A DNA stretch of 64,000 nt from NCBI RefSeq assembly GCF_001194135.2, contig NC_068986.1, positions 35,984,979 through 36,048,978 on the forward strand. Direction: 5' to 3'. Origin of the DNA: Octopus bimaculoides (taxonomy: Eukaryota). Shown in pieces: positions 1 through 13,179 of this stretch; positions within the stretch are counted from its first letter, which is position 1, and each line of letters starts with the position of its first letter. The translations under genes were made by a program, and so were the position numbers. The notes under the pieces were generated by a model that made no database searches, was not told where the DNA came from, and saw nothing but the letters and a program-made list of their open reading frames with translations.

Positions 1-608
1 AAACTTTCTGGTATTATAAAAAGAAACAGCAGCATGCATGGGATTCGTGCAACTGACGGTGTGTATATAAATTATCTAAGCCGGAGGATTTGATTCTGTT
101 TATAAAATTATTCGCATATATATGCCATTATGTGAATATCTGACTCCTTTTTACGACAATCCTACGTAATTCGCACTTTAAAAGTCCCATGTAAATCAAA
201 AAGCACAATTACATCTGAATGTCTAGCGCACACTTATATTCATATTTATTTTATTTTTCATTGCTTTTCTGGTTCATGTAGGTGAACTTGACTTATTCAA
301 CTTATTCAGATAATTATTCTGATGTCTACGTAACTATATTTGCATTTACCTATTTCGAAAGAGACGAACGGGCAGTAAATAGATTAGATAAATGATTGCT
401 CGGACAACTGATATAATCATAAGCAAGGGTAACCCCACTGAACATAATTACGGGGCCTGAATATTGTATATGGATAATTCTAATTTCGGATAACTGATAT
501 TCAAATACACGAAGTTCGACCGTATACATGTCAATTGTATGTCTTCATCCGCATTGGCTAATCCACGAGTGAGTGTCTGCGTTTATATAAGTGCATCTAT
601 GTAACGAT

Positions 609-640
<32 letters not shown>

Positions 641-1502
641 TTATATATATATAGCCTGTTCGAGTGAGATCTTGTGATTAAGCATGAAGACGTTCTCTTG
701 TGTACATGTGTAATGGGAATTTTTATTTTGCAGTGTGTCTATTTTCTTCTGTGCGGTTATCTTTATATGCGTGAATATGAGCATTTGTAAGATTGCATGT
801 TTATGAAAGCGCTTGAAAGTGTCCGTATAAGTGACTAAATATTCGTATCTGTTCTGTTCAAATGTTTGCGTATGCATCTGTACCCATTGATGTGTGAGCA
901 TTTTCTCTATATATATATGAGTGCAGAATTCTCTTTTGTTTTGTGTTCGTCTTTCATGTTCCTACCGATGAATTACAGTACGTAAATTTTGATAAGTGGT
1001 AGCCAGGAGCCAGGTGTTAAGTCTACAGGACAGTAAAAAAATAATATACAATAAAACAAAAAATAGAAAGTAAATCACCGCGAGAATGGATGTGAATGTG
1101 GATCTCGGACAGCAGGGGAGTCTATGCATATAATGATAACTGTGGCTGTCCTGATCGCACCAACATAGCAATTTTCTTGTGTCTAACGATGTCCCGAAAT
1201 AGCAAAACAAAAACAAGAGTGACTACAACTACAACAAAAACGCCAACTAATCGATAACTGAAAATGAACAGTAATTCTACTGGTGATGCCGCTAGTGAGT
1301 GGTGGTGGATGTGGAGGCGGTGACATTGGTGAGGACTAAATGTAATGGATGAAGCGTTTCCTTCTAATTTTTTTATCTGTATTTCAAGTGCAGTATGNNN
1401 NNNNNNNNNNNNNNNNNNNNNNNNNNNNNNNNNNNNNNNNNNNNNNNNNNNNNNNNNNNNNNNNNNNNNNNNNNNNNNNNNNNNNNNNNNNNNNNNNNNN
1501 NN

Positions 1503-1534
<32 letters not shown>

Positions 1535-3643
1535 AGGGAAGAGAATGAGAGAGAGAAAGAGAAAGTTGAAAGAAGAGAAAGGTGATATAAATGAAAGAAA
1601 GGCAGAGAAAATAAGCAACAGTGAAGTAGCAGAAGAGAGAATGTGGAGGGAGAAGAAGAAAAGAGACACATGAAATAAGACAGAGGTGAAAGGAACCAGG
1701 TGAAGAAACAAGAACGAGATGAAAGAACAGAGACACAAACGACAAGTAATATATAGAAGTGTGTATGTGCGTGAGGTGAATGCGTGTGTCAGTGTATGAG
1801 AGAGAAGCGGTGGAGTAGGAAATAAAGAGAAAAACGTAGAAGCAATAATTGAGCCAGAAATGTGATGTTTACAACCAGCTCAATTCGATCAACTTTATAA
1901 ATGGCTTCATCGCACAAATTCAATGAAGTGTACAGTTCTAAAGTTGGAACGTTACGTCCGTAAAGAAATATTTCCACAACACAGATACACACAATTTTAG
2001 ATGCACACATATACAAGTGTGTGCGCATACGCATAGCTTTTCACATCCTTATACAGACACATTCGACAATTCTTTACATACATGTACATACATATAGCTT
2101 TCACTCGATTGCTCTTTATATAGTGCTCGTTCTAAAACTGCTATCCCGCCTATCTTTACCGTTAATAGACAGCCATTTTGGAATTCATTATATTTTAAAC
2201 CTGCTTGCTGTTATCTCATCACGCACACAGATGATATCATTGCTTTCTCCGTTATTTCTATTCTATATCTTCATACACTACTCCTGCTCGTCGTCCCGAA
2301 TTTACTCTCCACTGTTCCTTGTTTCAACTAGATCTTTTTATATTTCTCAACACACATATCAACCTGTAAATTTTTCTTCTAGCTGTTTCTTTTCCATGCA
2401 CAAATTTACTATTTCTCTCCACACTCTCTGTCTCTCTCTACTTCTCTTCAGTCTTTTCTCAAGACTTACATTCATTCAGGTTTATTTACATTCCCTTCTT
2501 GTCTTCAAAGAAATACAATTTAGCACAAACCTTTCATTCATTCTTCAATTTCTCCCGGTGTCACTGATCTACAACACTACACTTTTTTATCATATATTCT
2601 TGCTGACTAAGTAAAGGTCTTTTAAATTTAGTATTGTCTTTACTCTCCAGCTCTTTCTTAATTTTACTTTTTACTTCCTATAATTATATTCTCTTTCCCA
2701 AACTTTTATTACTGCTTATCTCTTATACGAACGAACATGTCTTCGATTCAACGAACGAACATGTATTCGATCGCTTGGCATTTTAGGAATAAGTGCTTGA
2801 TCTACCTCAAATGGCATTATACCATCTTAGAAATGGGAAAGGCAGAATGGTAATATAGATTTAAATGGCCCAAAAATGATGGATTGTTCATTGATAGAGG
2901 ATCTGTGAACGTAGATCAACAAAACACTGCCTTACAACAGCCACTACCTCTAATCCCCGATATGTTGAAAATGCGAGGTGTCAATATCAGCAGAACATCG
3001 ACCAGAATGTCATATGAACTTAAGCCTCTTCTCTGTATATTCTAATTTCAAATTCTCAGCGAATTTTGCGTCTCAACCTTGCACACTTGGTAAAATAAAC
3101 TTCCAGGATATCCATGAGGGGGTGGTGAAAACTTCCGGGCTTGCAGTAAAGGAAAATACAGGGGGATCACCTAATTATGATTTTAATCAACACATTCCCC
3201 ACTCAGATTGCACTAATTGCAGCGGCCCTTCAGTTTTTCTAAACCCTGTAAAAGAACTCGGAATGTTGGGACTCTAAACATGCGATACCCTTAAAGCGAG
3301 GAACTTTAGGCACCCCGTCGTAGGTGTTTCAGTACCTCACTATTTCTGCCTGTGTAGGAAGGGATAAACTCCCGCAAACCCCTATTATTAAGAAAAAAAA
3401 AACTATCAGCTACGAGAGAAGGAATAGAATCGACTATACCCTTTCCCCCAAGAAGTACCTAAACTACGGAACCGAACACAGTTTTGAGTAGTTTCTCTCA
3501 CCCAAATTTCTCGTTATATTATTCCCCTGCGATTTTAATATATCACCTTTGCACTTCTCATCCAGATCTATTCCGTCTATAATTTCTCTATCACTCTAAT
3601 ATCTTCTGTATTTATATCATAACTGTCACAGTCTTTCATTTTC

Positions 3644-3652
<9 letters not shown>

Positions 3653-3705
<53 letters not shown>
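3653..3705. repeat. (CT)n microsatellite
   Basis: Seen directly. Also (GA)n at 1503-1530 and (CT)n at 4727-4757. (TA)n tracts at 9329-9380, 15053-15102, 16406-16440 and 33276-33346. Confidence 0.98.
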
Positions 3706-3706
<1 letters not shown>

Positions 3707-4722
3707 CTCAGTTCATTCACTTCGTATTTTCCAATCTTTATCTCCTGCCATTAAGCACAGTATTCGAACATTACTTGACAATCCGTTGACTGTAAATAAA
3801 AGTGTTATTTTTAGAAAGCAGCTGAGGCCGATCATTATTATATCCGCTATTTTCTCTTCCCATTTACCTCTCTCCCTCTATCTATCTCTATCTCTATCTC
3901 TTTATCTGTCTTTGTTATTTCTGCTTCTTTTCCCCAATAATCGCCGCTTCTCGCTTTTGGAGATAACTAATTGTTCGAAGATCTGGTTACTCTGCTCTTT
4001 CCTCATTGATATCAATCTGTAAACGTACCGAATAAACTTTCCTTCTACCAAACTCAACAAATATAATTTCAAAAAGAAAAAATAAATAAAATAAAAAAGT
4101 ATGAAACAAAACATATAACAACAACCAAATAAAACAAAAAAAGAAAGCACCCTTCGGAAAACAAAATATTCAACAATAACAAGCAATGACTTCAATTAAA
4201 GGAAGCCAAGAGAATGCTTAACTAAATAACCTAAAATAAAACAGAGACAGCGTGAGATAGCGTGTTACTAACAAATGAAATGCCTGTTGTTTACTGTGTA
4301 TTTCAATATTTTCATTACTCGTGATTTAATGAATGATAAGTTTTAAAGAACGCAAATATTGAGTTATTTTCCACTGAACAGATCCTCATCCATTATTAAA
4401 CAAATTAATTGCCAACATACATTTGATATATTTTCGAACATATGCTTGCACGGGTATACATACATACATACACGCATACATACATACATACATACATACA
4501 TACATACATACATACCCGCACGCACATAAACACACATACACGCATACACATAGACAGACAAGCGCGTGCGCACAAACATGTATGTGATTTAGAACCTGTA
4601 GCTCATTGTGTTACAAGTTCCATCCCGTTGCACAGTACCTTGGAATCATTATTTACTATAATCCTGCGTTGACTAATTAATACCTTGTGAGTGGAACTCG
4701 ACATGTGTTTTTGTATTCACAC

Positions 4723-4760
<38 letters not shown>

Positions 4761-4872
4761 CTTTTCTCACACAAGTATATGTATAACAATTACTGACACC
4801 AATACAACAACAGAGAGCCACTGTCTTAAATTTTGTAAGGCCCATGCTTTGTGGTTCGTGTGTTGCACTTAC

Positions 4873-4893
4873 GATCTCCAGATCGTTGTCCAT
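4873..4893 (-). CDS. Candidate short first coding exon MDNDLEI (phase 0) within a GC-richer segment at 4860-5075
   Basis: gaaATGG start context, donor ATC|gtaagt at 4872-4871, and a second consensus donor CAG|gtgagt about 90 nt upstream on the minus strand. No homology recognised. Confidence 0.25.
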
Positions 4894-5221
4894 TTCCAGG
4901 ACTGGGCGGTGCAATTTATTCTTGAGCACAATGCTTCATTTCCCGAGGCTCCACTCCACTCACCTGTAAATGATGAACCCTGCGACGAACTGGCGTCTTT
5001 TCTGGGAGAAATGCTGTCATGTCGGTCTCTTATACGTCATTGAAACCGGATATCCAGCCCTATAATTCCTAGGACAATAATGTTCATCGGAGTTTTTTTC
5101 TCTACCTCTCATTTGTAAAACCAAACGTACGTGTTTTAACTCTCAATTAGTGCTCCAGTTTATGTTACTCTGTTCGGTTTTAAAAACCAACAACTAAATT
5201 TACCTCAGATCACATGAATCA

Positions 5222-5462
5222 ATAGCGCCCTTTTAAAGCCTAGCCAGTCCATCGCAGCCTTACTCAAGAAACAGGAAGTAAGAGTGAGAGAAAGTTGGGG
5301 CGAAAGAGTACAACAGGGGTCGCCACCACCGCCTGCCGGAGCCTCGTGGAGTTTAGGTGTTTTCGCTCAATAAACACACACAACGCCCGGTTTGGAAATC
5401 GAAACCGCGATCCTCCGACCGCGAGTCCGCTGCCCTAACCACTGGGCCATTGCGCCTCCACA
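5222..5462 (-). mobile_element. tRNA-derived SINE (octopus-type)
   Basis: Reverse complement starts tgtggaggcgcaatggcccagtggttagggcagcggactcgcggtcggaggatcgcggtttcgatttcc, with Pol III A box (TGGCCCAGTGG) and B-box-like GGTTTCGATTTCC. A near-identical partial copy is at 31775-31890. Confidence 0.85.
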
Positions 5463-6348
5463 TGTACCGCCTTAAAAACGTGACGGAATGGTCAATATAT
5501 ATAGAAATGCCCTATGCTCGAAAAAAATATATAAAATAAATGGGGTTGGAATCTCATTGATCATTTATATCGACTATTAGGACTAAATGCAAGAACTAGA
5601 TTTATTTCTTCACTACCAATATTGTATAATTTCTCTTATCTTAAGATAATACGAAAGTTATTGAGGGGTGTATTGCTGTTACTCATGATGATGATTGGTT
5701 CCAGATCCGGATGATCCAGTATACCTATTAGGTCAATCGTCCAAGCTGTGACCCAAGTTTTTTTTGGCAGATGTAATATATCTAAGTCTACAACATCCAA
5801 TGTACTTTATTCAAAACGAAGTTGTGATAATAGCAAATGTTTCCCACCGCTTGTAGCAGATGGAACAACTATACAGAGACTTCCTAGATCGGCTCGACAA
5901 ATTGAGATTTGATTGTAGTGCGGATAGCATCCTGCAAATTCAGATATTTGCAACGTATTAGCAATGTAATTAATCAAATAACTATTTTTCTCAATTTTAA
6001 AGTGCTTGTTGGATTGCATTCAAAACTGGGTCACAGGTAGCATCACTTAATCGGCTTCCATCTTTGATCGAATGAGATTTTAAATGGCACCTATACTTTA
6101 TCAGCAATATCATCAAGGTTTATTCATCCTTCAACTTATTCTCGGTATAAGTTTTCCGTCGAGACCAAGCGTGGTTTTATTTTATTACATTTTAAACGCA
6201 CAATGATGGGGTGACATTTGATATTTGGTGTTCCCTTTATAACCAACATACACCAACCTCTCGAAATAGACCTACTGTCTGTAAACAACTCCGTTGCACA
6301 TTCCAAATGGTTCTGCCAATCTTTTGGTTTTTCTTAATAGCAAAACAG

Positions 6349-6492
<144 letters not shown>

Positions 6493-6611
6493 TGAACAAG
6501 AATCACTCATTTTATGGAAGTAATACATTCCTGAAATTCTGGCCTTATAGCAGGATTCCGGAAGGCAAAATTAAGTTTGCTAATCATTTTCATATTATCA
6601 GGTGAAATTGC

Positions 6612-6780
6612 ATATATACGACGGGCTTCTTTCAGTTTCCGTCTTCGAAATCCACTCACAAGGCTTTGGTCGTCCCGAGGCTATAGTAGAAGACACTTGC
6701 CCAAGATTCCACACAGTGGGACTGAACCCGGAACCATGTGGTTGGTAAGCAAGCTACTTACCACACAGCCACTCCTGCAC
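6612..6780 (-). mobile_element. 5' half of the same SINE family as 54538-54945
   Basis: cgacgggcttctttcagtttccgtc...cttaccacacagccactcct is the reverse complement of 54538-54695 with few mismatches. Confidence 0.9.
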
Positions 6781-7082
6781 CTATCATAACAATGATAAAT
6801 TGAACAACTTTCCAAATCCAGAATTACGGGAAAGGATGCTTATCCAGCAGAGCTTCCTTATACAAAATATGCCATGGTCTATATTGTTAAGTAAGCTGAA
6901 ATAACATACATGCAATCTTATACAGTCTGATGATAACTGGAAGCGAAGACATATCTTTTGGCGATGACGTCAGGATTAAGAGAAGGAAATCGAAGCGTTA
7001 CTGTCAAGTTGACAAAACGTAGTTCATATACGAAGGTCTAAGCGATTCCGCGTTATTAATGATAGAATCAACAACTGAAAAT

Positions 7083-7117
<35 letters not shown>

Positions 7118-7232
7118 TATGGCAACAACAACGACAAAGTCAATGAATATACCAATAAAGAGGACAACGATGACAATAATGATGACGACGACGACGACGA
7201 TGATGATGATGATATTGAGGATGATAATGATA
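7083..7232. repeat. Imperfect (GAT/GAC/AAC)n trinucleotide array
   Basis: Seen directly; source of the poly-Met track ORF. Confidence 0.95.
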
Positions 7233-8402
7233 GTGATGACGAACCTCTATAATTTAAGAGTTAAAATCAAATACAATCTACCAGCTTCGTTGTGTATTCT
7301 CAGTGATAGATGTTCCACTTAAAGATTTACCTAATTAACGTTTACTTCGACCAGAACAGTTTCCGGTCTGAAGATTGACTTTCAAACTCTGATTTCTTCA
7401 TTTAGCTGAAAGATTGATAGATACAGTTTCCATCCATTATACGATAATACATTTTCCATACGTCAAATATATTTAATCATATGCAAAAATAAACCGCAGA
7501 ATCTCTTTGTTCTCAAGAATATAAACGCGTATATAATCAAGATGGAATGCATATTTACGAGCATACACCTACACACGAGCAATTAAAAAGAAATGAACTT
7601 AAGTTCACATAAACATTCACACGGATAAAAGTACAAACTATATAGATTGGTAATACTACAGACCATATATCTATAAATATAGGCAGAGAAACTGGAGGAA
7701 TATTTACATAGAAAAATCCACAATGTAAATACGGACATTACTTAATCCTGTTTTAGTCATTGCGTCTGGTGTTTAAGATATCTAATTCACTTATAGATGC
7801 TTTATGATTATAAGTATATACATCCATTGTTGCTTAGTCATATGTAATCAATAGATGTTACCGTACGAAAATAATTCAATTCCCGATCATAAACAATGAA
7901 GAAACTGAATGGCAATGCTCTGTAGTCCAAGAAAACATATTGCAACATTAACGAAGCTATGAACCAGATTCATTGCACCATATATTACACGATTAAGTGT
8001 TTAGTAAAAGGAGAAAATTGCTTAAGTCCTGTATTCAAGGTTAGCGCAGAACGAATGATTACAGGAGAATTACGTCAAAGTAAATATGTTGTAGAATGCA
8101 GACAAAAGAGAAACATGACGCAGTGTGCATAACACACTCACATGTAAATGCACGAATTTATGGTTATGATTATGTTGTCTTGCAATCGGGTATAAAATCA
8201 ACCACATCTCTAACTACAATCCTTCTCACACTGTTGATTGCTGTCTTAGCTAAGAAACTTCGGCTTCACATTGGAAAAGACGTACACGAACGTATACCGC
8301 CATTTGTTTCCGTCTCGTTGTTTACGTTGTTTATGCTTTAATTTTTTAATCTCCTACGAAATAACTGCACTATTGTAAATTGTAATTTGAATAAATTTCC
8401 TT

Positions 8403-8435
<33 letters not shown>

Positions 8436-9326
8436 TGCTAGTTAAGGCTTATAATTGAACAGATCACCATATTGTGTAGGTTTCGAGCTGAATATTGCCA
8501 TCAAAGAACATTTGATGCGAAACAGACGCAGAATTCTGACCATTTATATATCGTAACTAGTAATATATTTTCAACACTATAAAAATAGACTGACTTTATT
8601 ACTTACACTGAGTGTGCTTTTGATTCCGACAAATGGACAACTAACTGACAATATATCATATGCGTGTTTGTGTGTGTTATGTATTCCATATAATATAGAC
8701 TTCATTACTCTGAACGAAATCGAAAGGTCAACCACGCCCTTATTGATTTAACCTTTTATCGCACAGGATCGATAAGCTAATTAATAGCAATCTATTGGAC
8801 GTGTTTCAATTGAATACGGGCTGTGTTTACAAATTATCTGGATTTTAGCCAAAGTCCGATATCAATATCCAAATTGAAATGAAAGAGGAATATCTACAAT
8901 GACTGAAGCGTTAAACAAACCGAGTCTTTAGTCTATCTATGGCACAAGCACTCTTGACGAGCGTTGCTCCTTATAACTGAATTAAGTTTAACCTCAGTTC
9001 AACCCCGAGAAAAGAGACGTTTTCATTGGATGAAGAGTATGTTCTATTGTACTAATGCATTTAACTTATTTTTAAAAATCAACTGTGTTGCCAAATACAT
9101 TCATAAAATGGTGGACAACATGTGATTATATATATATACACATATACATAGATATACATATACACAGACACACACACATATATATCCTATCTTACAACTT
9201 CTCTGCATTAAGACATAAAATGTAAGACCTTTCTTACCCTGATGACAGAGGCTTATGTTATCCAACGCTTATTGCTTTCATTACGGACACATATTGTGAT
9301 GATGGATCTTCGAGACAGCTGTTGGG

Positions 9327-9383
<57 letters not shown>

Positions 9384-9526
9384 TATATCGGATCAGCCAG
9401 TATATCTTTGAAATGTCTCTTCGGCAACCACCAGCCGTCTTTTACAGTCCCAGAAAGACGGTTTTTCACGTCCCTGGCCCGCCGTGTGTGACGCCCCAGA
9501 GATCAAGGGACTCTGTGCAATATTAG

Positions 9527-9955
9527 GTGGACTATAAAACATCATCTAGACCCACAGAAATCCAATACCACTCCAGCTCTCCAAACAGCTGCCCTCTAAA
9601 CAACAACTGTCTCGACCCCAACGGAATAGCAAAGGCGTATATCGGAATGACAGGCAATTCGTTCAAGGAGAGGTATGCCCAACATCTTGCATCATACAAA
9701 GACAGAAACAAAAATCATGCGACATCCCTATTGAATATGGCATGGACATTGAAAGAAGGTGGTATAAGCAATCCCCAGATAGAATGAATAATTATTGCTA
9801 AAGCCAAAAGATACAGAGGACGGGGTACCAAATGTGAACTCTCTATTACTGAAAAATTAAACATTATACAATCAACAGATAACATCTTAAATATTAGGGA
9901 TGAAACTTCTCTCTGCGTACACAAGCAATATTTTACACTCAAATATTTTGAATAA
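9527..9955 (+). mobile_element. Penelope-like element remnant, GIY-YIG endonuclease domain
   Basis: One frame reads CPLNNNCL...KAYIGMTGNSFKERYAQHLASY...ATSLLNMAWTLKE...IE*IIIAKAKRY...KCELSITEKLNII...ILNIRDE...CVHK. The single in-frame TGA at 9785-9787 falls where W is usually found. Confidence 0.88.
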
Positions 9956-10413
9956 GATCCCCTATAAACGCAGGTAAGCCTAAACGTGAACACACAGCAC
10001 ACAAACTTCACAATGACACACCATACAATTATAAGAACAATATGCCCAAAATAAAATCATATAATGCAAAATAATGCAGACAAATTTACAACAAAACAAT
10101 TTACCCAAAATACAAATCGAAGGAAGACAAGCGTCCAAAAGATGCCACTCAAGATTAACGTCCCTTGGTTCATTATTCATCGATTTATCTACGAGAATTT
10201 ACGAGAAATGCTGTGAACGAAGTAAGACTGTTTTCCAAAATGGAGGCGAACATCTTCCTACGTGTGATCAGCTTGAAACAATATTCATATATTAGCATAT
10301 TTTCCTACTTAACATGAAACCAATGGTAACCTTCATTCACATGTAAAGAAATTATATATCCACCAATGTATTGCTGAGCACTCATTTCATTGTTCGACAT
10401 TTACGTATATATA

Positions 10414-10955
10414 NNNNNNNNNNNNNNNNNNNNNNNNNNNNNNNNNNNNNNNNNNNNNNNNNNNNNNNNNNNNNNNNNNNNNNNNNNNNNNNNNNNNNNN
10501 NNNNNNNNNNNNNNNNNNNNNNNNNNNNNNNNNNNNNNNNNNNNNNNNNNNNNNNNNNNNNNNNNNNNNNNNNNNNNNNNNNNNNNNNNNNNNNNNNNNN
10601 NNNNNNNNNNNNNNNNNNNNNNNNNNNNNNNNNNNNNNNNNNNNNNNNNNNNNNNNNNNNNNNNNNNNNNNNNNNNNNNNNNNNNNNNNNNNNNNNNNNN
10701 NNNNNNNNNNNNNNNNNNNNNNNNNNNNNNNNNNNNNNNNNNNNNNNNNNNNNNNNNNNNNNNNNNNNNNNNNNNNNNNNNNNNNNNNNNNNNNNNNNNN
10801 NNNNNNNNNNNNNNNNNNNNNNNNNNNNNNNNNNNNNNNNNNNNNNNNNNNNNNNNNNNNNNNNNNNNNNNNNNNNNNNNNNNNNNNNNNNNNNNNNNNN
10901 NNNNNNNNNNNNNNNNNNNNNNNNNNNNNNNNNNNNNNNNNNNNNNNNNNNNNNA
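10414..10955. other. Assembly gap (one of nine)
   Basis: N runs at 1398-1502, 10414-10955, 31043-31530, 35752-35928, 36929-37284, 45083-45253, 47244-47253, 55225-55511 and 59674-59810, most flanked by (TA)n or (GA)n. Confidence 0.99.
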
Positions 10956-11074
10956 AAAAAATTGAATAGTGTCCAGTCAACGGTCAATCATAATATATAT
11001 ATATATATATCAAATTAAAAGGGTAAGGGATCATCAATTTATTAATTTATTAATAAATCAACAATTAATAATTT

Positions 11075-11190
11075 CTACCAAGCCCTTCGGTATGTAAGCA
11101 CCATTATCGGTGGAGAACTTATTTAAAAGTTCATATATATTTATAAACATAATTTAGGGATCAGCAAATATTTGCTTCACCACATACCGA
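11075..11190 (-). mobile_element. Penelope-like LTR fragment with a decayed hammerhead core
   Basis: Minus-strand CCGATAA-TGGTGCTTACATACC-GAAG-GGCTTGGTAG, a degenerate form of CTGATGA...GAAA, flanked by (TA)n. Confidence 0.45.
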
Positions 11191-11794
11191 TATATATATA
11201 TCGATAGATACATAAATACATATATACTTATATACATATATACATATATATAAGTATACATACATACAATCTATTCATATATATACCTATAAGTAATAGT
11301 TTAACAAACGAAATGTAAAAGGGAAGAGGAATATGAATGAAGACCACTTTAAAATACAATTTCAATATAAACTATTTGTTTTGCATTTTATACTGAGAAA
11401 GATTTGACAGTTCTGTCTTATAGTTAAAAAGGTACTCTGACTGACATTAAATGGAAATGCCAAATTATTCTGACAGTTGACAGACAGATATAAAACTTTT
11501 CATGAATTTAAATGTAAACGAAAGTGTAAAACAAATTGTGCTTTGTGATCTTGAGGTATTTTTCAGAGTCTGCAAGCTTTTGGTGATCATTAGAACAAGG
11601 ATTGGTTGGTTCCAGATTGCATAAGGACTTAGCATCGTGCAAGAGATTATATATATATATATATATATTCAAAAATATATTAGATAAATTTGTTACAACG
11701 GTGATTGGGAATTGAAACCATTCGCATATTCAAATCATCAATATCTTAGTCTTTAAAGCTTATTTACTTTTATCTTAAATATTGACTTTTTTTT

Positions 11795-11995
11795 CGTGTT
11801 TAGGTCGATACCAGCATGATCGACCAAACCTATGATCAAATAATTGCAACAGTTACCACCCAATCTTTATCAAACGTTGTGTACTCGTGACTTCATTATT
11901 AATATGTATTTTTCTGAAGATAGTAGGGTGTAATGTATGAAAGCTTTGGCTGCTAAGTCTAGTAAGACGAATGAGTATATAGAGATTCCATCATT
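11795..11995. repeat. Degenerate interspersed repeat (SINE/MITE-like)
   Basis: Motifs gatcgaccaaacctatgatcaaa and tttggctgctaagtctagtaag resemble a common octopus interspersed repeat (from memory only). Confidence 0.35.
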
Positions 11996-12929
11996 GCTAA
12001 ATGTTTCAGATAAATATAGTAGTGCAAATTTTCTGGTATATATCTACATGATTTATTAAGTGGCTGTCACATAAGCGTGGTTTTGGAAGAGATATTAAAA
12101 TTTAGACTATAATAGTTGCTGTGTCTTGACTAGATAAGCGCTTTCGACAATCTGGGAGTCGTGAGCTTCTTTTTTTAATTTAATTTTTTGTCGGAATTGG
12201 TAAAATGCATGACCGGTACATGAATATTGCAAAAGAAAGATATTTAACTGAAGCAAAGTTTTTTGCTATGAAAGGGTGAATTCATTTAAAAGTTGCTAAG
12301 AGAAAATCTCACTAATATTTTAGTATCCTCTAAAAATATTGCAAAACTCGATTTCATTACTGATCATGAAAAGCTTTATAAGAAGCGATTTAACGTCCAA
12401 GATGGAGAAATATTATTCGGAGAACCGCACATCCTGTACGAAATTGTATTTGATGGAGTAGGCATGGGATAATCAATGCTGAGTTTGAAACGCTGATGTA
12501 TAACAATTTCAGGAATACATAAAAGATAGAGATGTCAGCCTACGTAAAATATCACAAACTATATTTGTTCTGAAGAACGTAAGCAGGAGCATGTATAAAA
12601 ATATGAAAGGGCATCATGTATCTATTAATTTCGATGACGTCTTAAGATATTGCAAAGAGAAATATAAACTGGTAACTGTCATTAAAGTTATCAGGAAAAT
12701 ACAGATCAACAGGTAATTTCATTTGCCGTTATACTAATTTCTCATTCATTTAACCTTTCAGCTGATATTCCATAGTTGCAATGTGACCACGATAACAACT
12801 AAATTTATTCCAAAGTTAAACACTCATTCCTATTTATATATCTTTAGTAAGAAACATTGTCATGTCCCCAGCAGACAAAATAGAAAAGGTGAATAATTAA
12901 GTATGATGTAGCTAATGCTGAACACATAC

Positions 12930-13097
12930 CTTTTCTTCCGTAGCTTTGGCAAGTAGTTTAGCGTGGTCTTCGGGAGGCATACCAAATGCATCTTGTGCAT
13001 ATTGGTAGAGATCTTGCATGTATGGTAGGTGTCCACCGATAGTCGTTCCGATCTTATGTTTAATGGTGTAGAGAACTTCAATGTAAAGAAGCTCATA
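12930..13097 (-). CDS. BAIAP3: Internal coding exon of a BAIAP3/Munc13-4-family gene (56 codons, phase 0-0): YELLYIEVLYTIKHKIGTTIGGHLPYMQDLYQYAQDAFGMPPEDHAKLLAKATEEK
   Basis: Manual translation of the reverse complement: 168 nt, open, acceptor ggttttctttttcag and donor AAG|gtatgt. The LYxEVLYTIxHKIG motif and DLYxYAQxAFGxxxEDHxxLL segment match the conserved pre-C2A region of BAIAP3/UNC13D/Drosophila staccato (recognised from memory, no database search). Confidence 0.9.
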
Positions 13098-13121
13098 CTG
13101 AAAAAGAAAACCATCAATGAC

Positions 13122-13177
<56 letters not shown>
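13122..13177. repeat. (AAT)n microsatellite just upstream of the BAIAP3 exon acceptor
   Basis: Seen directly. Other (AAT)n/(TTA)n tracts at 38620-38697, 38980-39115, 48358-48470 and 48880-48966. Confidence 0.98.

Positions 13178-13179
<2 letters not shown>

Noticed and set aside
2021-2614. 197-aa + strand ORF
   Set aside because: Pyrimidine-rich low-complexity DNA giving an L/F/S/I-biased peptide with no recognisable motif.
2800-3480. GC-richer block including ORF 2978-3277
   Set aside because: Probably an old repeat, but no protein motif or terminal structure could be supported.
5400-5462. tRNA-like sequences in SINE heads (also 14960-15030, 54538-54600)
   Set aside because: They continue into SINE bodies and lack a full cloverleaf, so they are not tRNA genes.
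7340-7410. CTGAAGA...CAAAC hammerhead-like string; also the hairpin gtttcacgc...gcgtgaaac at 15717-15745
   Set aside because: Too degenerate to assign stems and a cleavage triplet.
10371-11018. ORFs spanning N gaps (also at about 1345-1745, 30890-31602, 35730-35951, 36871-37439, 44968-45442, 55191-55614, 59580-59972)
   Set aside because: Open only because N codons contain no stops.
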